Assembly: GCA_963662315.1 (NCBI GenBank)
Contig: OY759353.1
Coordinates: forward strand, 2,912,001-2,976,000
Direction: 5' to 3'
DNA: 64,000 nucleotides
Source: Geopsychrobacteraceae bacterium
Lineage (GTDB): Bacteria; Desulfobacterota; Desulfuromonadia; Desulfuromonadales; Geopsychrobacteraceae
This document shows positions 51,311 to 61,491 of the stretch, piece after piece. The notes beneath the pieces are model-generated. The model saw nothing but the letters and a program-made list of their open reading frames with translations. It was not told the DNA's origin and ran no database searches. The first letter of the stretch is position 1, and the number at the start of each line of letters is the position of its first letter. Both the position numbers and the translations under genes were made by a program.

Positions 51311-52306
51311 ATGAGCCTGTGTGCCTCACTAAGCCATATTTTTCAGCAAGAGCGCGCTTTATTCAACCAGCTTTATGCTGATGTCCAGTGGCGTTTCCCC
51401 CAGCTTGAAGGGGATCAGTTCCGCGCGTTTCTCATCTCTGCGGTCAACCCGTTGGTGGCCAGTGCCAGTAGCTCTGGTCGCACTATTGATCGGGACTGGG
51501 TTGCGGTTATTTACACTGCCGCACTTGAACTGGTGGGCCAAAAGCTTGCGGGGCCAGCAGCGATTAATACCTGGCATAATCATCTATGGAACCTATTTCC
51601 AAATCTGTCTGAGCTTTTATTGCAAACCCCTGAACTGATTGCAGAACTGAGTAACTGCGTGCATCATGTGGTTCGGCATCCAGGCAGCCGGCCCCAACAC
51701 TGGCTCAACAGTTTCAGTCGTTGTGCACCTCTGTGCCAAACTCCAGAGCAAGTGCGTCAAGTAGCGCTAATTGCAGCCTGGTCTGCCGGTCTGGCCCATT
51801 ATCGCAGCAGTGCCCTAAACCTGCTGAATCAGCTTGATCAGCAACTCTGCCTCCGTCTTTTTGACCTTACAGCAAACCACGGAACAACCGAAAAACTGGT
51901 TAAACAACTGCAGCAAACTCCCTGGAGTCGGCCTGAACCCCAAACTCAGCCCCCCGCAAAATCCCTTTTCCAGTGTGGCGCATTCTCTGGTTTTGATGGG
52001 GTATTTACAAAGCCACCCAGAGTAGGTTGCGCAGCAGATCAAATTTTTGTCGTCAGTAACCAGGATTGCTGGCAGCTTTACGCTGACACGTTTGGAACCA
52101 GTTTGCAAACCGCCCCACGTCCTGCAGGGTTGAATCTGGTCACCTGTTATCCTGAACATGTCACTTTTTCAGACCATCAACTGAAGACTCCCCATGGCGA
52201 TTTGTCCCTTGCGAACTACGGTGAGATCACATCAGCCTGTTATTGCCACCAAACCTTGGCTTTTACAACCAGTCTCAGTCATGCGATTCTGTTGGTACCT
52301 CTATGA
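51311..52306 (+). CDS. Hypothetical protein (helical N-terminus, beta-rich C-terminus)
   Basis: 331 aa; 2-nt gap from the ATPase; GAFSGFDG.F..PP motif. Confidence 0.75.
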   Translation: MSLCASLSHIFQQERALFNQLYADVQWRFPQLEGDQFRAFLISAVNPLVASASSSGRTIDRDWVAVIYTAALELVGQKLAGPAAINTWHNHLWNLFPNLSELLLQTPELIAELSNCVHHVVRHPGSRPQHWLNSFSRCAPLCQTPEQVRQVALIAAWSAGLAHYRSSALNLLNQLDQQLCLRLFDLTANHGTTEKLVKQLQQTPWSRPEPQTQPPAKSLFQCGAFSGFDGVFTKPPRVGCAADQIFVVSNQDCWQLYADTFGTSLQTAPRPAGLNLVTCYPEHVTFSDHQLKTPHGDLSLANYGEITSACYCHQTLAFTTSLSHAILLVPL

Positions 52307-54054
52307 TGAACACCCCAGCCGCTGCCAGCGAACTGCTCCCCCAATGGCAAACAGCATGGCCTCAGGCCCTGCAATGCTGGAGCGCTTTTACTCAGCTGCG
52401 CGCACCCGTACTATGCCTTACAGATCAACAGGCCCTCAAGGAAGGATTGAACGACTCCTTTGCCATGATCCGGCTACACGACCAGACCGTTGTCGTCAAC
52501 TTGGAAGCCATTGCCAAACAAAACCTTGGCGACTTCGCCGTGGCCATTCTCGCTCACGAGGTTGGCCATCATGTGCTGGCGCCAGCCAACCTCAATGATC
52601 ATGTGCGGTTGATTGCCCGCATCCGGCGCGCCCTGCCAACCTTCGAACATTTCGCTCCTTTAATTGCTAACCTATATACCGACCTGCTAATTAATGACCG
52701 TCTGCAACGCCGCAACCAGTTGCCCATGGCGGCTATCTATCAAACCATACGTCAAGCCAGCCCGGCGGCAAATGATGCCATATGGTGCCTCTATATGCGA
52801 ATTTATGAGTTGCTCTGGGGCCTGGAAACAGCCAGTTTGAGTGGCCGCCGCTGTACCAGTGCCCAAGAAGGTGACGCCATCCTCGGAGTGCGTTTGCTGC
52901 GCAGCTATGCCTATGAGTGGCTGGCTGGCAGCGGTCGCTTTGCCTCCCTGTTTCTCCCCTACCTGGCAGAGCAGCAACAGACCCTGCTGACGGCTTGGTT
53001 TGACACTCGACACGCCGGACAAGGAGGGCTCCCCTCCGGCTTGACCATAGAAGAAAGTGGCGAACAGGAAGGTGCTCTTCACCCTGTGGAAGATCCCAAT
53101 ATCAATGACAATGCCCCTGCTAAAACTACGAATGAAACCCAGAGAAACAGCCATGGGCAGGCTCGTGATCCCTTTACCTATGGTGAGATTCTACGTGCCA
53201 GCGGCATCGAACTGAGTGACCACGATATCGCCGTGCGTTATTACAAAGAACGTGCTCTACCATACCTGATTCCGTTCCCCGGTTGCCCTCAACCTCGTCA
53301 TAATGAACCACTCCTTGAAGGGGTTGAGCCTTGGGAATTAGGCGACCCTTTAGACCAGATCGACTGGTTGAGCAGCCTGCAAATCAGTCCACAGGTTGTC
53401 CCCGGACTGACTACCGTCCAACGCCAATGGGGAACCACCAGTCAGAATCAACCGCGCCCGCACCCCCTGGATCTTGATCTCTATATCGATAGTTCCGGAT
53501 CTATCGCCAATCCCCAGAGCCAGATCTCCTACCTGGCCCTGGCAGCCGCCATCATGGCCCTGTCGGCCCTGCGCGCTGGAGCCCGGGTTCAAGTGACCCT
53601 GTGGAGTGGCAAGGAGCAGGTCCAGACGACAGCTGGTTTCTGCCGTGATGAACAACAGATTCTCAAAGTTATGACCGCTTTTTTCGGTGGTATGACCGCA
53701 TTCCCCATTCCCCACCTGCGCCAGACCTATACCAGACAGTGTGAAAGGGCCACCCATATCATGATGATTTCCGATGACGGAATCGCCACCATGTTCGACA
53801 CTGATGAGCAGGGGAACAGTGGCTGGGATATCGCCGCGACAGCCCTGAAACATGCGCGTGGCGGGGGCAGCATGGTTCTGAACCTGCCGACAGACTGGCA
53901 GGAACGCGACGATTACTGGGGATATCATAAGGTCATCAAACAAGCGAGCCAGGAACAGGACTGGGACATATATCGGGTTGGCCAATGGGATGAGCTGGTC
54001 GCTTTTGCCAGCGCTTTTAGCCGCAAAACCTACGCGCTGGAAAGAGGAGCATAA
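52303..54054 (+). CDS. HEXXH metallopeptidase-like plus VWA domain protein
   Basis: LAHEVGHH, later D..IND; MIDAS DSSGS, GGMT and ISDD; ATGA overlap. Confidence 0.85.
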   Translation: MMNTPAAASELLPQWQTAWPQALQCWSAFTQLRAPVLCLTDQQALKEGLNDSFAMIRLHDQTVVVNLEAIAKQNLGDFAVAILAHEVGHHVLAPANLNDHVRLIARIRRALPTFEHFAPLIANLYTDLLINDRLQRRNQLPMAAIYQTIRQASPAANDAIWCLYMRIYELLWGLETASLSGRRCTSAQEGDAILGVRLLRSYAYEWLAGSGRFASLFLPYLAEQQQTLLTAWFDTRHAGQGGLPSGLTIEESGEQEGALHPVEDPNINDNAPAKTTNETQRNSHGQARDPFTYGEILRASGIELSDHDIAVRYYKERALPYLIPFPGCPQPRHNEPLLEGVEPWELGDPLDQIDWLSSLQISPQVVPGLTTVQRQWGTTSQNQPRPHPLDLDLYIDSSGSIANPQSQISYLALAAAIMALSALRAGARVQVTLWSGKEQVQTTAGFCRDEQQILKVMTAFFGGMTAFPIPHLRQTYTRQCERATHIMMISDDGIATMFDTDEQGNSGWDIAATALKHARGGGSMVLNLPTDWQERDDYWGYHKVIKQASQEQDWDIYRVGQWDELVAFASAFSRKTYALERGA

Positions 54055-54056
54055 AT

Positions 54057-54641
54057 ATGCGTCTTGACGGCCCGGAACTGGAAGCACTGTTACGTCACGT
54101 GGCAGATACACCGCGCGATTTTCTGTCTGACCCCCGTTTGGGTAATCAGGGTGGAGTGCATGTCGATGCTGTGGTTCAGGATCTCCTTGCGCTACTTGAT
54201 CAGCGCTTAAATCCTGACGCATTGACCACTTTTGGCCATAATCTGCCAATAACTGAACGGAACCGATTAATTATCGTACTGCTGCTATGCTGGCTACTCT
54301 ATCACCCCTGGTTCCGGCAGCAGAGTTTTCCCGCCTCCCAGGTTCTTGAGTTGTTACAGGATACCGCCACCCTGCTGGCCGGCCAGGTTACAGCGGCAAA
54401 ACTCCTTGACGATCCCGACCGCCGCGAAGAACTGGTGCGACTGACCCTGGCCCACTTCGACTACCGACCGGCCGGAGAAAGTGAAACCCTGGCCAAGGAC
54501 CGCCTGACCAGCCTCAGCTCCATCGAACGAGCACGGATCCTTGAAGCGTCACGGGCAGCCCAGCAGCGTGCCCGAGAACTGCGTGAAGCACTGCAACGCA
54601 AACGCGCCCAGGAAGCCGCTGATAAATGGACACGTGAATAG
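54057..54641 (+). CDS. Hypothetical helical protein with C-terminal coiled coil
   Basis: 194 aa; GAGGAG RBS; DPDRREELVR...PAGES motif. Confidence 0.78.
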   Translation: MRLDGPELEALLRHVADTPRDFLSDPRLGNQGGVHVDAVVQDLLALLDQRLNPDALTTFGHNLPITERNRLIIVLLLCWLLYHPWFRQQSFPASQVLELLQDTATLLAGQVTAAKLLDDPDRREELVRLTLAHFDYRPAGESETLAKDRLTSLSSIERARILEASRAAQQRARELREALQRKRAQEAADKWTRE

Positions 54642-55988
54642 ATGAGCGTCCTTGATTTAAGCAACTATCCAACCTTAAGTCGTGCAGGCCAACGCTTTCT
54701 GCGTCAGCTGCAGGAACACCCTCACGCACCGCGCTTGCATAACAGCAGTGGCAACCGCCTGACCAGTAACGATGTCGCAACCCTGCGTAACTTTCTGCGC
54801 GAAGTAACCACCAGTAGTGTGACACCAAATCCATCATGGTTAAATCAATTTGCCGGCACCTGCTTGGAACAAGTCCCTTTTTACCGCCACTACGGCCTGC
54901 TTCCAGAAGCTTTTGAGCAACTTCCAACCATCAGCCGAGCTGATTTAAGCCGTGATATTACCGCCTTTATTCCTGATCATATTGAAGCCAATGAGCTCAT
55001 TATGTTCAGTACCAGTGGTACCACCGGGCACCCGCTGATTATTCCATCTCTTCCCTTGGTGGCGGCAAAATACCTCCCCTTTCACCTGAAAGCATTGCAG
55101 CGCTTCGGCATCATTCCGCAGCATGGCAGCAATCAGGTCGGGATCATGTTGATCGGTTATCAGCAACGTTGCTTTACCTATATCTCCGTCAATCCGTTGC
55201 TTAATGAATCAGGTTTGCTCAAACTCAATCTGCACCCGGATGACTGGCGTTCCCCCGCTGATCGCCAGGCCTTTCTCGATGACCTGCAGGCCGAATTCTA
55301 CAGTGGCGATCCCCTGTCTCTGTCCCGTCTGGCCGAGTTGCCGACCCAGCACTGCCCGAGGGCAATTCTTTCCACCTCTATGGCTCTGCTCCCCGGTCTG
55401 CGCCAGCAGCTCGAAAAACGTTTTAACTGCCCTCTGCTTGATATCTATTCCATGAATGAGGCTGGGCCTATCGCGGTTTATGATCCAACCTGCCAGGGGC
55501 ATGTCCTGCTACAACACTGCCTGCATGTCGAAATTCTCGACCCGGAAGGACGCCTCCTCACTTATGGTGAACGGGGTGAAATTACCATCAGCGGCGGTTT
55601 TAATAACTGCCTCCCCCTGTTGCGCTACCGCACCGGTGATTATGCCAGCATGGTCCTCTCCGGCAACAATCTGGTCCTGAACAATCTGGAAGGGCGACCA
55701 CCGGTACTGTTTCAACACAGTGCTGGTCACTGGCTCAACAATATCGAAGTAACCCATGCCTTAAGCTCTTTCGCTCTGCCCCAGTTTGCCCTGCATCAGA
55801 ATCGGGATAAATCCCTGGTTCTGTCACTGGCACAGCCCTGTGGTACTGAACCACAGCTGCGCGCTGCTTTGCACCAGCTATTCGGCCCGACACAGCTGAT
55901 AAGCATCTGTTACAAAGGGGAATTTTCCGGAAAGGTGGTGCAATATACCAGTGATCTGCAAATTGACAAGGAGACCGATTCACCATGA
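54642..55988 (+). CDS. PaaK/CapK-family adenylate-forming ligase
   Basis: STSGTTGHP, YSMNEAG, RYRTGD and LEGR motifs. Confidence 0.85.
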   Translation: MSVLDLSNYPTLSRAGQRFLRQLQEHPHAPRLHNSSGNRLTSNDVATLRNFLREVTTSSVTPNPSWLNQFAGTCLEQVPFYRHYGLLPEAFEQLPTISRADLSRDITAFIPDHIEANELIMFSTSGTTGHPLIIPSLPLVAAKYLPFHLKALQRFGIIPQHGSNQVGIMLIGYQQRCFTYISVNPLLNESGLLKLNLHPDDWRSPADRQAFLDDLQAEFYSGDPLSLSRLAELPTQHCPRAILSTSMALLPGLRQQLEKRFNCPLLDIYSMNEAGPIAVYDPTCQGHVLLQHCLHVEILDPEGRLLTYGERGEITISGGFNNCLPLLRYRTGDYASMVLSGNNLVLNNLEGRPPVLFQHSAGHWLNNIEVTHALSSFALPQFALHQNRDKSLVLSLAQPCGTEPQLRAALHQLFGPTQLISICYKGEFSGKVVQYTSDLQIDKETDSP

Positions 55989-56992
55989 CCCATGGTCTGA
56001 CATTAGGAAAATATGCTCCCCTGCATCGCGGCCATCAGCATGTTATTGAAACCGCTCTGGCTGAGATGGAGCTGGTTACCGTCATCATTTATGACGCCCC
56101 TGAAACGGACATTCCCCTCCCGGTGCGCGCCGGCTGGTTACGCCAGCTTTACCCCCAAGTGCAGGTCATCGAAGCCTGGGGTGGCCCCACCGACGTTGGT
56201 TATGGTGCGAAGCTCAAACAAGCTCACGAAGACTATATTATCAACACCCTTGGTATAAGCGGCATCAGTCATTTCTATTCCAGTGAGCCGTATGGTGAGC
56301 ATATGAGTATAGCCCTTAAGGCCTGTGACCGACGAGTCGACGAACAACGCCTAACGGTTCCTATTTCGGCCACCAAAATCCGCTCCAACCCTTATGCCTG
56401 TCGGGATTTTATTGATCCCATCGTTTACCGTGATCTGGTCAGCCGGATCGCCATACTGGGTGCTCCCGGTAGCGGTAAGACGACCCTCAGCGCCCAGCTC
56501 GCTCAACATTTCAATACCTGCTGGATGCCCGAATATGGACGTGAATACTGGGAACAGCATCAGGTTGCTCGCCGTCTGCAGCCACAGGAACTGGTGACCA
56601 TCGCTAAGGAACATCGTTCCCGCGAAGATCAGTTGCTGCTGACAGCCAATCGTTTTCTGTTCTGTGATACCAATGCTCTGACCACACGCCTGTTTGCCCT
56701 TGATTACCATGATCAGGTAGAAGCGGAACTGGAGGAACTGGCCACCCAGTGCCGGGACACCTATGCTTTGACCATCGTTTGTAATATTGATTTCCCCTGC
56801 CCCCAGACCTGGGATCGTTCCGGACCGGTAAAGCGCCAGCTCTTCCAGGGCCAGATCCTGGCCGATATCCATAGCCGCCATATCCCTTACCTGCTGGTGA
56901 GTGGTACAGTTCAACAACGCCTGCAGCAGATTAGTCACACCCTGCAGAATTTTCATAAATTCATGAATCCAGCCGAGTTGACCTGGGCCTGA
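55985..56992 (+). CDS. NadR-like NMN adenylyltransferase / nicotinamide riboside kinase (no HTH)
   Basis: GKYAPLHRGH, ISATKIR, GAPGSGKT, EYGREY and FCDT motifs. Confidence 0.88.
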   Translation: MTHGLTLGKYAPLHRGHQHVIETALAEMELVTVIIYDAPETDIPLPVRAGWLRQLYPQVQVIEAWGGPTDVGYGAKLKQAHEDYIINTLGISGISHFYSSEPYGEHMSIALKACDRRVDEQRLTVPISATKIRSNPYACRDFIDPIVYRDLVSRIAILGAPGSGKTTLSAQLAQHFNTCWMPEYGREYWEQHQVARRLQPQELVTIAKEHRSREDQLLLTANRFLFCDTNALTTRLFALDYHDQVEAELEELATQCRDTYALTIVCNIDFPCPQTWDRSGPVKRQLFQGQILADIHSRHIPYLLVSGTVQQRLQQISHTLQNFHKFMNPAELTWA

Positions 56993-57063
56993 AAAGCGAA
57001 TTTACTTAGGTTTTATCGAGAGAAAGTTGCACCACAATTTTTTGAAAAATAGAGAGAACCCTC

Positions 57064-57702
57064 ATGCTAGCACTCCTCGACATTAACAATGTCATGCTGA
57101 ATATCGGTAATTACCCCTTAAGTTACCCGGAATTCACCGGGACGGTATGTTACCTGCTGTCCGTCTGGCTGATTGCGCGGCGTAATATGCTGACCTGGCC
57201 AATTGGCATTGCCAGCGTGCTGTTATACATGTGCTTGTTCTACCAGATTCAGCTCTATTCCGACACGATCGAACAGATCTATTACCTGGGAGCCAGTGCC
57301 TACGGCTGGTGGCATTGGCGCCAACAGGATACCACCAGCAATGATGGCATTCCTGTTTTCTACGGGTCACAACGGAATCTTGTCATTTGGGTCCTGGTTA
57401 CTGGTATCTGCAGTGTCATCCTTGGCGCTGTCATGGTGCGCATTCACTTATGGCTGCCTCAGGTTTTCACTGAAGCTGCCTCATACCCCTTTATCGATGC
57501 TCTGACTACGGTTATGAGCCTGATTGCCATGTGGCTGATGGCGCGGCGCCATATTGAAAGTTGGCTCTACTGGATCGTCGTCGACGGCTTTGGCATCTGG
57601 CTGTACAGCGTTAAACAGGTCTATTTCATCGCTTCTCTCTATGGTGTGTTACTGATTCTGGCCACAAAAGGATTTTATGATTGGCATAGCAGACACAACT
57701 AG
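57064..57702 (+). CDS. pnuC: Nicotinamide riboside transporter
   Basis: WPIG, YGWWHW, DALTT and ESWLYW..VD motifs. Confidence 0.9.
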   Translation: MLALLDINNVMLNIGNYPLSYPEFTGTVCYLLSVWLIARRNMLTWPIGIASVLLYMCLFYQIQLYSDTIEQIYYLGASAYGWWHWRQQDTTSNDGIPVFYGSQRNLVIWVLVTGICSVILGAVMVRIHLWLPQVFTEAASYPFIDALTTVMSLIAMWLMARRHIESWLYWIVVDGFGIWLYSVKQVYFIASLYGVLLILATKGFYDWHSRHN

Positions 57703-57843
57703 CTGTAGGTAAGCACAAGCCCTTGTATAAACAACAAAATTTTTATTGTTAGAGGATCCACTGTTAAGTTATTTATTGATGTCCGGTTGAATGATGGTTA
57801 AGTATATAAGCGGCCATTTTCTTGGTTAAAGGGGAAAATAGTT

Positions 57844-58491
57844 ATGGAATTTCTCAAGCCCGACCTGCTGTTTAGACCAGCAAAAATGCGTCATCTGGCA
57901 ATAGAACATTCACTACTTCTAACCGGAGCTATTAACGCCTGCTCCGGTGTCTTTTTATTTTTGGCCTTATTCTGGCCTCTTTTTCAGTACTGCACTCCTG
58001 CGCTCACCCTGGCTCTGATTATTCTGTTCGGACCTCTGCTCGGCTTTAGCATCACCTCTAGTTACCCACGCATTGAATTTCTGGTGGCTAGACTGCTACG
58101 TGGAAAAGTGGCTCTTGAGGCCGATTTCAGGCTCTTTTCCTGGTCATTTCTGCCAGTTACCATGATATGTCTCATCATCCGTTTGGCCAGTCTGGCCTTA
58201 CCCCAGACTGAAAGAATTTTTCACATTCTTCCAGCTCTTCTCGGTACCCTATGCCTCTGGCAAGGGATAAACTACCTGATTAATTTTAAGCAGTTTCACC
58301 AATGCTCCTGGTGGCGAACCATTGTCGTGCAGGTCCTGTCCCTGGTGACAACCCTTCTGCTTCTTTTGGTCCTGTGCGTCATCATCAAAAGATACTCGGG
58401 ACTCCTGGACGAAGGAAGCATCTTGAACGGTATTTTCCTTACTAACACTATGAAAGACTTTTTTGCTGCATTAATCGGAGGCCAACAATGA
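57844..58491 (+). CDS. Multi-TM hypothetical protein (Yip1-like)
   Basis: About 5 hydrophobic segments. Confidence 0.6.
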   Translation: MEFLKPDLLFRPAKMRHLAIEHSLLLTGAINACSGVFLFLALFWPLFQYCTPALTLALIILFGPLLGFSITSSYPRIEFLVARLLRGKVALEADFRLFSWSFLPVTMICLIIRLASLALPQTERIFHILPALLGTLCLWQGINYLINFKQFHQCSWWRTIVVQVLSLVTTLLLLLVLCVIIKRYSGLLDEGSILNGIFLTNTMKDFFAALIGGQQ

Positions 58492-59798
58492 CTCCATTTA
58501 AAACCTGCCGCTTGGTGCTCATTATCTTTTACTCCCTGCTGTTCACCGGTCTGGCGCTGTATGACGAACCCCCGTCTACAACCTATCTGACCCAGGTCGC
58601 TGATGAACCAACTCCAGAAATGATTGTTAACCCCAATAACCTTTGGCTCGCAATGAAGTCATTCAACAGTCTGGAACCGATTTCTCCTGAGAACTATGGC
58701 CGAGAGCTTATTAAGCACTATACTCAGGCTGTGCAACAACATGACCCGAAAGAATTGGTGACTTTTCAAAAAAAACAGCAGTATCTTTCACATCCTGAAA
58801 CAATTGAATCTGGTGTATTTAGCAAAGGGACGCTGCTCCCTTTTGTTCTTGAAAATCCTGATACCGCAACAAATTTTATTGAACAGAATAAAGAACTTTT
58901 ACAACGTTATAAAAATCTATGGAATTATCATGATTATGCCGCACTAAGCGTTCTCAATTATCTGGGTGAAAATTTGGGGACCAATGCCATGTATGCCCAA
59001 CGCCCTTTCCTGGTATCCGTGATCCTCCAGGCCAGGCAGGGAGAGATCCTCCAGGCCTTGCAGCTGCTTCATCAAGATATGGATTTCTGGCGATTTGCCG
59101 CTATCCACAACCACAGTCTGATTTCTGGGATAGTTGCCAGAGCAGGTATCAGCCAAATCATGGATCTTTGCGTGGCTCTCAGCAACTATTATCAGTTGGC
59201 ACCAGCAGACAAACAACTCGTCTCCCAAATTCTACGCCCGTTCAACACCCAAGAGCTACAATCACTCAGTAGTATTTACGGAGAATCCCGAGCTGGGCTC
59301 ATCTATTTTGCTAAGCTGGTCGCTGGACCTAAAAAGATAAACCGACTTCTGTACAAACGTCAGGCCGTCGTCAACTTGATAGCGGAGAACAAAGTAAGTG
59401 AAAATGAACTGGCCTCTCTGCCTCTAGCTGAGTTTACCAAACGGGTTCCTTCTCTTTATCCACGTAAACAAAGACAATTAGGGCTCTCTTTTTTATATAA
59501 CCCACTGGGAGAACTGTTAATACAGCAACCGACAAAGAAAGTTCTTTGTCTTGCACCATATATTGAAAAGAGTTTCTCTCTTGAAGGACAACGGCGGATT
59601 GCGTTGCTCGAAATCATGGCCCATAAAGAGGGGATCAGTCCACAGCAGATGCCTCTGTTTTTAAAGCACCAGGCGGAAACTGCAAACCTCGGCAACCCCT
59701 TTTATGAAAACCCCATGGATTGGGATAGTGAAAATCACAAAATCAGTTTTAAGCTTCCCACTGAGATGTTACCTGAGGATACCGAACTATTCGATTAA
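58488..59798 (+). CDS. Membrane-anchored hypothetical protein
   Basis: N-terminal TM segment; ATGA overlap with the upstream gene. Confidence 0.7.
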   Translation: MTPFKTCRLVLIIFYSLLFTGLALYDEPPSTTYLTQVADEPTPEMIVNPNNLWLAMKSFNSLEPISPENYGRELIKHYTQAVQQHDPKELVTFQKKQQYLSHPETIESGVFSKGTLLPFVLENPDTATNFIEQNKELLQRYKNLWNYHDYAALSVLNYLGENLGTNAMYAQRPFLVSVILQARQGEILQALQLLHQDMDFWRFAAIHNHSLISGIVARAGISQIMDLCVALSNYYQLAPADKQLVSQILRPFNTQELQSLSSIYGESRAGLIYFAKLVAGPKKINRLLYKRQAVVNLIAENKVSENELASLPLAEFTKRVPSLYPRKQRQLGLSFLYNPLGELLIQQPTKKVLCLAPYIEKSFSLEGQRRIALLEIMAHKEGISPQQMPLFLKHQAETANLGNPFYENPMDWDSENHKISFKLPTEMLPEDTELFD

Positions 59799-60397
59799 CC
59801 AGCCTGGGGTAAACGCCAACCTTTACGGATAGCAAGCCAGCGAATCAGAAAGACGACGCTTCCGGCAACTACAAGGTTAATGCCGCGCGCCAGGCTCGCG
59901 GCATCACCAATACAGAAAATGACTCCCCCAACCAGACACGCCGAAGCATATATTTCGCGGGTCAAAACCAGGGGTATTTCCTGGCGCAACAGATCCCTGA
60001 CCATCCCTCCTGCTGTAGCGGTCATAATCCCCATCATCACTGCGCCAGGGTAGCCGATGCCGTGCTCAAGGCCCACGGAAATACCGATAACAGTGAACGT
60101 GCTCAGCCCCAGAGCATCCATCAACAGCAGGACCCGCTGCCCGCGAGTCACCAGTTTATGGAAGAAGAAAGCCAACAATGAACCTGCTACGGCCAAGGCC
60201 AGGTAACTATAATCACTGAAGATAAATGGGGGAACCCGGCCGATAAGCACATCGCGCAAGGTACCGCCGCCCACAGCAGTGACCAGTCCAAGGACAATAA
60301 CGCCATACAGATCCATCTTTTTATAGACCCCGGCAAGAGCTCCACTGATGGCAAAAGCGAGGGTCCCGACTAAATCGAGACTATAGAGAAGAGACAT
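59795..60397 (-). CDS. TRIC/UPF0126 (YadS-like) membrane protein
   Basis: Repeated GGGTLRD / GGMVRD motifs. Confidence 0.9.
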   Translation of the reverse strand: MSLLYSLDLVGTLAFAISGALAGVYKKMDLYGVIVLGLVTAVGGGTLRDVLIGRVPPFIFSDYSYLALAVAGSLLAFFFHKLVTRGQRVLLLMDALGLSTFTVIGISVGLEHGIGYPGAVMMGIMTATAGGMVRDLLRQEIPLVLTREIYASACLVGGVIFCIGDAASLARGINLVVAGSVVFLIRWLAIRKGWRLPQAG

Positions 60398-60431
60398 CTA
60401 AACTCCTGAAATTATAAGTGTCACTTATTGG

Positions 60432-61370
60432 TTACTTTCTGTCTTGAGAAAGCAATGCCTTGATTAATTCGGTATAGGGTGCAGCCTTTTCAGCCCGCCT
60501 TATACGTTCAATAACAGCACCACAGATCGCATCAATTTCCAATGGTCGCCCCATCTCCAGATCAACCAGCATCGATGTTTTAATCGCATCGAACGTGCGG
60601 ATCAATTCGAACATTTCGTCAACGTCCTGCGACCGTAGAGGAACCCCGTCTATTTGTGCTGCCTGGGCAGTTTCCTGCATCAGGCCATAAACTATCGGGC
60701 CAAACTCTGGATGGTGCGTCAGCTTTCTGGTATCCAAACGGGTGAGTGCCGATAACGGGTTGACACCATTATTAATCAGCAGTTTTCGCCATAATTCATA
60801 CTGGATATCTGGGCTGACGGTTGTTGGTATACCTGCCTGATTGAACAGCTGACCAAGGTCGGCTAACTTCTTGGATAAAGCAGGATTCCTCTCTGCATTT
60901 GGCCAGGCTCCCATGATAATCTGAGCCGGTCCTCGGGCTTCGATGGTTCCAGGAGCAATAATATGACCACCAATTCTCACTGCCAGGCCGCCAACAACCC
61001 GCTGAGGATCAATACAATCCGCTATCAAGCGCTCGTTGTCTACACCATTCTGCAACGATATAACCGGGATCGATCCATCATTCAACCAGTCCCCCGCTTC
61101 TTCCAGCAAGGTCTCTGTCGCCGTCGCTTTAAGGGTTATCAAAATAGCAGAGAAATCATTGGCCTGGTATTGCTGCTTCAGTTCAATAGCAGAAACCGCC
61201 CGAACCGGTGCATGAAATTTCAAACTTTCATGTTGAACCCTCAGCCCTTGTCTCTGCAGAGCCTGCAAATGCTCACCCCGAGCCACCAGAACAGCAGCGT
61301 GACCTGCCTGCTGTAAGCGAGCACCATAGTAGGCTCCGATGCCACCGGCTCCCCAGATAAGAAATTTCAT
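60432..61370 (-). CDS. panE: Ketopantoate reductase
   Basis: GAGGIG, LQNG, WRKL..N and TSMLVD...GRPLE motifs. Confidence 0.9.
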   Translation of the reverse strand: MKFLIWGAGGIGAYYGARLQQAGHAAVLVARGEHLQALQRQGLRVQHESLKFHAPVRAVSAIELKQQYQANDFSAILITLKATATETLLEEAGDWLNDGSIPVISLQNGVDNERLIADCIDPQRVVGGLAVRIGGHIIAPGTIEARGPAQIIMGAWPNAERNPALSKKLADLGQLFNQAGIPTTVSPDIQYELWRKLLINNGVNPLSALTRLDTRKLTHHPEFGPIVYGLMQETAQAAQIDGVPLRSQDVDEMFELIRTFDAIKTSMLVDLEMGRPLEIDAICGAVIERIRRAEKAAPYTELIKALLSQDRK

Positions 61371-61491
61371 GCGAACTCCCTGAATGTCATGAGCTGAATT
61401 ATTCGATTAAATTCCATTCAAACATATTGATTTTTGAATCTATATTCATGTAATGTGCATTTACACAATATTTAAGGAGGATATCAATTTA

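Noticed and set aside
53350..54249. 299-aa antisense ORF
   Set aside because: It overlaps the motif-bearing VWA gene and the next gene on the opposite strand; shadow ORF.
54642..55988. Phenylacetate catabolism (paaK) or capsule (capK) assignment
   Set aside because: Family motifs only; no paa or polysaccharide genes are nearby.
55985..56992. NadR transcriptional repressor
   Set aside because: The protein begins directly with the HxGH nucleotidyltransferase domain and has no HTH.
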